From: the human T2T-CHM13v2.0 reference genome, Homo sapiens
Length of the DNA stretch: 64,000 nt
Strand: one strand, 5' to 3'
Assembly (NCBI RefSeq): GCF_009914755.1
Contig: NC_060925.1
Shown: positions 54,201-64,000 of the stretch, piece by piece
Layout of the letters: the number at the start of each line of letters is the position of its first letter
Position numbering within the stretch: the stretch's first letter is position 1
Notes under the pieces: generated by a model
The model's input: the letters and a program-made list of their open reading frames with translations, nothing else
What the model was told of the DNA's origin: nothing
The model's database searches: none
Made by a program: the position numbers and the translations under genes

Positions 54201-57200
54201 CGAATGAATCAAATGGAAACACCATCGAATTGAAACGAATGGAATTACCATGAAATTGAAATGGATGGACTCATCATCGAATGGATTCGAATGGAATCAT
54301 CGAATAAAATTGATTGAAATCATCATCGAATGGAATCGAATGGTATCATTGAATGGAATCGAATGGAATCATCATCAGATGGAAATGAATGGAATCGTCA
54401 TAGAATGGAATCGAATGGATTCATTGAATGGAATCAGATGGAATCATCGAATGGACTGGAATGGAATCATTGAATGGACTCGAAAGGGATCATGATTGAA
54501 TGGAATTGAATGGAATCATCGAATGGTCTCGATTGGAATCATTATCAAATGGAATCGAATGGAATCACCGAATAGAATCGAATGGAACAATCATCGAATG
54601 GACTCAAATGGAATTATCCTCCAATGGAATCGAATGGAATTATCGAATGCAATCGAATGGAATTATCGAATGCAATCGAATAGAATCATCGAATGGACTC
54701 GAATGGAATCATCGAATGGAGTGGAATGGAACAGTCAATGAACTCGAATGGAATCATCATTGAATGGAATCGAATGGAATCATCGAGTGGAATCGAATGG
54801 AATTATGATCAAATGGAATCGAATGTAATCATCATCAAATGGAATCAAAAATAACCATCATCAATTGGTATTGAATGGAATTCTCATCAAATGGAATTCA
54901 AAGGAATCATCATCAAATGGAACCGAATGGAATCCTCATTGAATGGAAATGAAAGGGGTCATCATCTAATGGAATCGCATGGAATCATCATCAAATTGAA
55001 TCGAATGGAATCATCATCAAATGGAATCTAATGGAATCATTGAACGGAATTGAATGGAATCGTCATCGAATGAATTGACTGCAATCATCGAATGGTCTCG
55101 AATGGAATCATCTTCAAATGGAAAGGAATGGAATCATCGCATAGAATCGAATGGAATTAACATCGAATGGAATCCAATGGTATCAACATCAAACGGAAAA
55201 AAACGGAATTATGGAATGGAATCGAAGAGAATCTTCGAACGGACCCGAATGGAATCATCTAATGGAATGGAATGGAATAATCCATGGACTCGAATGCAAT
55301 CATGATCCAATGGAATCGAATGGAATCATCGAATGGACTCGAATGGAATAATCATTGAACGGAATCGAATGGAATCATCATCGGATGGAAACGAATGGAA
55401 TCATCATCGAATGGAAATGAAAGGAGTCATCATCTAATGGAATTGCATGGAATCATCATCAAATGGAATCGAATGGAATCAACATCAAATGGAATCAAAT
55501 GGAATCATTGAACGGAATTGAATGGAATCGTCATCGAATGAATTGACTGCAATCATCGAATGGTCTCGAATGGAATCATCTTCAAATGGAATGGAATGGA
55601 ATCATCGCATAGAATCGAATGGAATTATCATCGAATGGATTCGAATGGAATCAACATCAAACGGAAAAAAACGGAATTATCGAATGGAATCGAAGGGAAT
55701 CATCGAATGGACCCGAATGGAATCATCTAATGGAATGGAATGGAATAATCCATGGACTCGAATGCAATCATCATCGAATGGAATCGAATGGAATCATCGA
55801 ATGGACTCGAATGGAATAATCATTGAACGGAATCGAATGGAATCATCATCGGATGGAAATGAATGGAATCATCATCGAATGGAATCGAATAGAATTATGG
55901 AATGAAATCCAGTGTGATCATCATCGAATGGACAAGAATGGAATCATCATCCAACGGAAGCTAAAGGAATCAACATCGAATGAATCAAATGGAAACACCA
56001 TCGAATTGAAACGAATGGAATTACCATGAAATTGAAATGGATGGACTCATCATCGAATGGATTCGAATGGAATCATCGAATAAAATTGATTGAAATCATC
56101 ATCGAATGGAATCGAATGGTATCATTGAATGGAATCGAATGGAATCATCATCAGATGGAAATGAATGGAATCGTCATAGAATGGAATCGAATGGATTCAT
56201 TGAATGGAATCAGATGGAATCATCGAATGGACTGGAATGGAATCATTGAATGGACTCGAAAGGGATCATGATTGAATGGAATTGAATGGAATCATCGAAT
56301 GGTCTCGATTGGAATCATTATCAAATGGAATCGAATGGAATCACCGAATAGAATCGAATGGAACAATCATCGAATGGACTCAAATGGAATTATCCTCCAA
56401 TGGAATCGAATGGAATTATCGAATGCAATCGAATGGAATTATCGAATGCAATCGAATAGAATCATCGAATGGACTCGAATGGAATCATCGAATGGAGTGG
56501 AATGGAACAGTCAATGAACTCGAATGGAATCATCATTGAATGGAATCGAATGGAATCATCGAGTGGAATCGAATGGAATTATGATCAAATGGAATCGAAT
56601 GTAATCATCATCAAATGGAATCAAAAATAACCATCATCAATTGGTATTGAATGGAATTCTCATCAAATGGAATTCAAAGGAATCATCATCAAATGGAACC
56701 GAATGGAATCCTCATTGAATGGAAATGAAAGGGGTCATCATCTAATGGAATCGCATGGAATCATCATCAAATTGAATCGAATGGAATCATCATCAAATGG
56801 AATCTAATGGAATCATTGAACAGAATTGAATGGAATCGTCATCGAATGAATTGAATGCAATCATCGAATGGTCTCGAATGGAATCATCTTCTAATGGAAA
56901 GGAATGGAATCATCGCATAGAAACGAATGGAATTATCATCGAATGGAATCGAATGGTATCAACACCAAACGGAAAAAAACGGAATTATCGAATGGAATCG
57001 AAGAGAATCTTCGAACGGACCCGAATGGAATCATCTAATGGAATGGAATGGAATAATCCATGGACTCGAATGCAATGATCATCGAATGGAATCCAATGGA
57101 ATCATCGAATGGACTCGAATGGAATAATCATTGAACGGAATCGAATGGAATCATCATCGGATGGAAACGAATGGAATCATCATCGAATGGAATCGAATAG

Positions 57201-60170
57201 AATTATGGAATGAAATCCAGTGTGATCATCATCGAATGGACCCGAATGGAATCATCATCCAACGGAAGCTAATGGAATCAACATCGAATGAATCAAATGG
57301 AAACACCATCGAATTGAAACGAATGGAATTACCATGAAATTGAAATGGATGGACTCATCATCAAATGGATTCGAATGGAATCATCGAATAAAATTGATTG
57401 AAATCATCATCGAATGGAATCGAATGGTATCATTGAATGGAATCGAATGGAATCATCATCAGATGGAAATGAATGGAATCGTCATAGAATGGAATCGAAT
57501 GGATTCATTGAATGGAATCAGATGGAATCATCGAATGGACTGGAATGGAATCATTGAATGGACTCGAAAGGGATCATGATTGAATGGAATTGAATGGAAT
57601 CATCGAATGGTCTCGATTGGAATCATTATCAAATGGAATCGAATGGAATCACCGAATAGAATCGAATGGAACAATCATCGAATGGACTCAAATGGAATTA
57701 TCCTCCAATGGAATCGAATGGAATTATCGAATGCAATCGAATGGAATTATCGAATGCAATCGAATAGAATCATCGAATGGACTCGAATGGAATCATCGAA
57801 TGGAATGGAATGGAACAGTCAATGAACTCGAATGGAATCATCATTGAATGGAATCGAATGGAATCATCGAGTGGAATCGAAAGGAATTATGACCAAATGG
57901 AATCGAATGTAATCATCATCAAATGGAATCAAAAATAACCATCATGAATTGGTATTGAATGGAATTGTCATCAAATGGAATTCAAAGGAATCATCATCAA
58001 ATGGAACCGAATGGAATCCTCATTGAATGGAAATGAAAGGGGTTATCATCTAATGGAATCGCATGGAATCATCATCAAATGGAATCGAATGGAATCATCA
58101 TCAAATGGAATCGAATGGAATCATTGAAAAGAATTGAATGGAATCGTCATCGAATGAATTGAATGCAATCATCGAATGGTCTCGAATGGAATCATCTTCT
58201 AATGGAAAGGAATGGAATCATCGCATAGAATCGAATGCAATTATCATCGAATGGAATCGAATGGTATCAACACCAAACGGAAAAAAACGGAATTATCGAA
58301 TGGAATCGAAGAGAATCTTCGAACGGACCCGAATGGAATCATCTAATGGAATGGAATGGAATAATCCATGGACTCGAATGCAATCATCATCGAATGGAAT
58401 CGAATGGAATCATCGAATGGACTCGAATGGAATAATCATTGAACGGAATCGAATGGAATCATCATCGGATGGAAACGAATGGAATCATCATCGAATGGAA
58501 ATGAAAGGAGTCATCATCTAATGGAATTGCATGGAATCATCATCAAATGGAATCGAATGGAATCAACATCAAATGGAATCAAATGGAATCATTGAACGGA
58601 ATTGAATGGAATCGTCATCGAATGAATTGACTGCAATCATCGAATGGTCTCGAATGGAATCATCTTCAAATGGAATGGAATGGAATCATCGCATAGAATC
58701 GAATGGAATTATCATCGAATGGAATCGAATGGAATCAACATCAAACGGAAAAAAACGGAATTATCGAATGGAATCGAAGAGAATCATCGAATGGACCCGA
58801 ATGGAATCATCTAATGGAATGGAATGGAATAATCCATGGACTCGAATGCAATCATCACCGAATGGAATCGAATGGAATCATCGAATGGACTCGAATGGAA
58901 TAATCATTGAACGGAATCGAATGGAATCATCATCGGATGGAAATGAAAGGAGTCATCATCTAATGGAATTGCATGGAATCATCATAAAATGGAATCGAAT
59001 GGAATCAACATCAAATGGAATCAAATGGAATCATTGAACGGAATTGAATGGAATCGTCATCGAATGAATTGAATGCAATCATCGAATGGTCTCGAATGGA
59101 ATCATCTTCAAATGGAATGGAATGGAATGGAATCATCGCATAGAATCGAATGGAATTATCATCGAATGGAATCGAATGGAATCAACATCAAACGGAAAAA
59201 TACGGAATTATCGAATGGAATCGAAGAGAATCATCGAATGGACCCGAATGGAATCATCTAATGGAATGGAATGGAATAATCCATGGACTCGAATGCAATC
59301 ATCATCGAATGGAATCGAATGGAATCATCGAATGGACTCGTATGGAATAATCATTGAACGGAATCGAATGGAATCGTCATCGGATGGAAATGAATGGAAT
59401 CATCATCGAATGGAATCGAATAGAATTATGGAATGAAATCCAGTGTGATCATCATCGAATGGACCCGAATGGAATCATCATCCAACGGAAGCTAATGGAA
59501 TCAACATCGAATGAATCGAATGGAAACGCCATCGAATTGAAACGAATGGAATTACAATGAAATTGAAATGGATGGACTCATCATCGAATGGATTCCAATG
59601 GAATCATCGAATAAAATTGATTGAAATCATCATCGAATGGTATCGAATGGTATCATTGAATGGAATCGAATGGAATCATCATCAGATGGAAATGAATGGA
59701 ATCGTCATAGAATGGAATCGAATGGATTCATTGAATGGAATCAGATGGAATCATCGAATGGACTGGAATGGAATCATTGAATGGACTCGAAAGGGATCAT
59801 GATTGAATGGAATTGAATGGAATCATCGAATGGTCTCGATTGGAATCATTATCAAATGGAATCGAATGGAATCACCGAATAGAATCGAATGGAACAATCA
59901 TCGAATGGACTCAAATGGAATTATCCTCAAATGGAATCGAATGGAATTATCGAATGCAATCGAATGGAATTATCGAATGCAATCGAATAGAATCATCGAA
60001 TGGACTCGAATGGAATCATCGAATGGAATGGAATGGAACAGTCAATGAACTCGAATGGAATCATCATTGAATGGAATCGAATGGAATCATCGAGTGGAAT
60101 CGAATGGAATTATGATCAAATGGAATCGAATGTAATCATCATCAAATGGAATCAAAAATAACCATCATCA
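46640..60170 (+). repeat. Block duplication with 8,885-bp offset (about 46640-51285 and 55525-60170)
   Basis: Anchors 46637/55522, 47945/56830, 49253/58138, 49721/58606, 50672/59557; shared aggggtta, gaatgcaattatc, ggaaaaatacgg, actcgtatgg, aaacgcc, extra GGAAT. The 5' end is uncertain. Confidence 0.88.
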
Positions 60171-61800
60171 ACTGGTATTGAATGGAATTCTCATCAAATG
60201 GAATTCAAAGGAATCATCATCAAATGGAACTGAATGGAATCCTCATTGAATGGAAATGAAAGGGGTCATCATCTAATGGAATCGCATGGAATCATCATCA
60301 AATGGAATCGAATGGAATCATCATCAAATGGAATCTGATGGAATCATTGAACAGAATTGAATGGAATCGTCATCGAATGAATTGAATGCAATCATCGAAT
60401 GGTCTCGAATGGAATCACATTCTAATGGAAAGGAATGGAATCATCGCATAGAATCGAATGGAATTAACATTGAATGGACTCGAATGGAATCAACATCAAA
60501 CGGAATCAAGCGGAATTATCGAATGGAATCGAAGAGAATCATCGAATGGACTCGAATGGAATCATCTAATGAAATGGAATGGAATAATCCACGGACCCGA
60601 ATGCAATCATCATCGTATAGAATCGAATGGAATCATCGAATGGACTCGAATGGAATAATCATTGAACGGAATCGAATGGAATCATCATCGGATGGAAACG
60701 AATGGAATCATCATCGAATGGAAATGAAAGGAGTCATCATCTAATGGAATTGCATGGAATCATCATCAAATGGAATCGAATGGAATCAACATCAAATGGA
60801 ATCAAATGGAATCATTGAACGGAATTGAATGGAATCATCATCGAATGAATTGAATGCAATCATCGAATGGTCTCGAATGAAATCATCTTCAAATGGAATG
60901 GAATGGAATCATCGCATAGAATCGAATGGAATTATCATCGAATGGAATCGAATGGTATCAACATCAAACGGAAAAAAACGGAATTATCGAATGGAATCGA
61001 AGAGAATCCTCGAACGGACCCGAATGGAATCATCTAATGGAATGGAATGGAATAATCCATGGAGTCGAATGCAATCATCATCGAATGGAATCGAATGGAA
61101 TCATCGAATGGACTCGAATGGAATAATCATTGAACGGAATCGAATGGAATCATCTTCGGATGTAAACGAATGGAATCATCATGGAATGGAAATGAGAGGA
61201 ATCATCATCTAATGGAATTGCATGGAATCATCATAAAATGGAATCGAATGGAATCAACATCAAATGGAATCAAATGTAATCATTGAACGGAATTGAATGG
61301 AATCGTCATCGAATGAATTGAATGAAATCATCGAATGGTCTCGAATGGAATCATCTTCAAACGGAATGGAATGGAATCATCGCATAGAATCGAATGGAAT
61401 TATCATCGAATGGAATCGAATGGAATCAACATCAAACGGAAAAAAACGGAATTATCGAATGGAATCGAAGAGAATCATCGAATGGACCCGAATGGAATCA
61501 TCTAATGGAATGGAATGGAATAATCCGTGGACTCGAATGCAATCATCATCGAATGGAATCGAATGGAATCATCGAATGGACTCGAATGGAATAATCATTG
61601 AACGGAATCGAATGGAATCATCATCGGATGGAAATGAATGGAATCATCATCGAATGGAATCGAATAGAATTATGGAATGAAATCCAGTGTGATCATCATC
61701 GAATGGACCCGAATGGAATCATCATCCATCGGAAGCAAATGGAAGCAACATCGAATGAATCGAATGGAAACACCATCGAATTGAAACGAATGGAATTATC
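59557..61800 (+). repeat. 2,244-bp monomer with three 468-bp subunits
   Basis: Subunit anchors at 60361, 60829, 61297; 2244 = 1776 + 468. Confidence 0.92.
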
Positions 61801-64000
61801 ATGAAATTGAAATGGATGGACTCATCATCGAATGGATTCGAATGGAATCATCGAATAAAATTGATTGAAATCATCATCAAATGGAATCGAATGGTATCAT
61901 TGAATGGAATCGAATGGAATCATCATCAGATGGAAATGAAAGGAATCGTCATAGAATGGAATCGAATGGATTCATTGAATGGAATCAGATGGAATCATTG
62001 AATGGACTGGAATGGAATCATTGAATGGACTCGAAAGGGATCATGATTGAATGGAATTGAATGGAATCATCGAATGGTCTCGATTGGAATCATTATCAAA
62101 TGGAATCGAATGGAATCACCGAATAGAATCGAATGGAACAATCATCGAATGGACTCAAATGGAATTATCCTCAAATGGAATTGAATGGAATTATCGAATG
62201 CAATCGAATGGAATTATCGAATGCAATCGAATAGAATCATCGAATGGACTCGAATGGAATCATCGAATGGAATGGAATGGAACAGTCAATGAACTCGAAT
62301 GGAATCATCATTGAATGGAATCGAATGGAATCATCGAGTGGAATCGAATGTAATCATCATCAAATGGAATCAAAAATAACCATCATCAAATGGAATCAAA
62401 AATAACAATCATCAATTGGTATTGAATGGAATTCTCTTCAAATGGAATTCAAAGGAATCATCATCAAATGGAACCGAATGGAATCCTCATTGAATGGAAA
62501 TGAAAGGGGTCATCATCTAATGGAATCGCATGGAATCATCATCAAATGGAATCGAATGGAATCATCATCAAATGGAATCTAATGGAATCATTGAAAAGAA
62601 TTGAATGGAATCATCATCGAATGAATTGAATGCAATCATCGAATGGTCTCGAATGGAATCATCTTCTAATGGAAAGGAATGGAATCATCGCATAGAATCG
62701 AATGGAATTAACATTGAATGGAATCGAATGGAATCAACATCAAATGGAATCAAGCGGAATTATCGAATGAAATCGAAGAGAATCATCGAATGGACTCGAA
62801 GGGAATCATCTAATGGAATGGAATGGAATAATCCACGGACTCGAATGCAATCATCATCGTATAGAATCGAATGGAATCATCGAATGGACTCGAGTGGAAT
62901 AACCATTGAACGGAATCGAATGGAATCATCATCGGATGGAAACGAATGGAATCATCATCGAATGGAAATGAAAGGAGTCATCATCTAATGGAATTGCATG
63001 GAATCATCATAAAATGGAATCGAATGGAATCATCATCAAATGGAATCAAATGGAAGCATTGAACGGAATTGAATGGAATCGTCATCGAATGAATTGAATG
63101 CAATCATCGAATGGTCTCGAATGGAATCATCTTCAAATGGAATGGAATGGAATCATCGCATAGAATCGAATGGAATTATCATCGAATGGAATCGAATGGT
63201 ATCAACATCAAACGGAAAAAAACGGAATTACCGAATGGAATCGAAGAGAATCTTCGAACGGACCCGAATGGAATCATCTAATGGAATGGAATGGAATAAT
63301 CCATGGACTCGAATGCAATCATCATCGAATGGAATCGAATGGAATCATCGAATGGACTCGAATGGAATAATCATTGAACGGAATCGAATGGAATCATCAT
63401 CGCATGGAAATGAATGGAATCCTCATCGAATGGAATCGAATAGAATTATGGAATGAAATCCAGTGTGATCATCATCGAATGGACCCGAATGGAATCATCA
63501 TCCAACGGAAGCTAATGGAATCAACATCGAATGAATCGAATGGAAACACCATCGAATTGAAACGAATGGAATTTTCATGAAATTGAAATGGATGGACCCA
63601 TCATCGAATGGATTCGAATGGAATCATCGAATAAAATTGATTGAAATCATCATCAAATGGAATCGAATGGTGTCATTGAATGGGATCGAATGGAATCATC
63701 GTCAGATGGAAATGAATGGAATCGTCATAGAATGGAATCGAATGGATTCATTGAATGGAATCAGATGGAATCATCGAATGGACTGGAATGGAATCATTGA
63801 ATGGACACGAATGGAATCATTATTGAATGGAATTGAATGGAATCATCGAATGGTCTCGATTGGAATCATTACCAAATGGAATCGAATGGAATCACCGAAT
63901 AGAATCGAATGGAACAATCATCGAATGGACTCAAATGGAATTATCCTCAAATGGAATCGAATGGAATTATCGAATGCAATCGAATGGAATTATCGAATGC

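Larger units (their letters stand above)
1..64000 (+). repeat. Human satellite 2 (HSat2/HSATII) tandem array, GAATG strand on +
   Basis: Continuous degenerate GAATGGAATC / GAATGGAATCATC(ATC) motifs with dense TCGA sites; the reverse complement is CATTCGATTC-type, diagnostic of HSat2 rather than pure (CATTC)n HSat3. No foreign sequence or strand switch seen. Confidence 0.98.

Noticed and set aside
13-63580. More than 250 + strand ORFs of 60-170 aa (MESSSN..., MKLKWM..., MELSSN...)
   Set aside because: Low-complexity W/N/E/S/M/G/I translations of GAATG repeats, overlapping in all three frames and broken freely by point changes and frameshifts. ATG is part of the pentamer, and the minus strand is closed by TGA from ATCATC, which explains the strand bias.
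1-64000. CRISPR-like repeat/spacer or diversity-generating cassette system
   Set aside because: No unique spacers, leader or associated genes; all the sequence is satellite-derived.
1-64000. Embedded L1, Alu or ERV insertion, or an inversion breakpoint
   Set aside because: None seen: no poly(A) tails, GC-rich tracts or switch to the CATTC strand. A very short insert could have been missed by eye.

Overview
The whole 64 kb is one uninterrupted, single-orientation array of human satellite 2 (HSat2/HSATII), with the GAATG strand on +. It is built from degenerate GAATG-GAATC-(ATC)n 23/26-bp motifs arranged in a 1,776-bp monomer (two 468-bp subunits, A and B, plus an 840-bp core, with one EcoRI site). 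This matches the classical 1.77-kb chromosome 1q12 satellite (D1Z1/pUC1.77, HSat2A2); the chromosome assignment is from recall, not alignment. I see no genes, RNA genes, transposons or CRISPR arrays, and the ORF track is a by-product of the repeat. I found no new gene system. What is notable is the structural history. Only 15 of 36 complete monomer intervals are canonical (1775-1776 bp); the rest are 894, 1308, 1793, 1802, 1922-1927, 2218-2223, 2244 and 2712 bp, each explained by specific junctions or small indels. These variants are grouped into local higher-order repeats and duplications (offsets 6798, 4592, 3699, 4860, 8885 bp), with readable recombination parents and apparent gene-conversion patches. 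Block boundaries are approximate, estimated by eye from shared variants.
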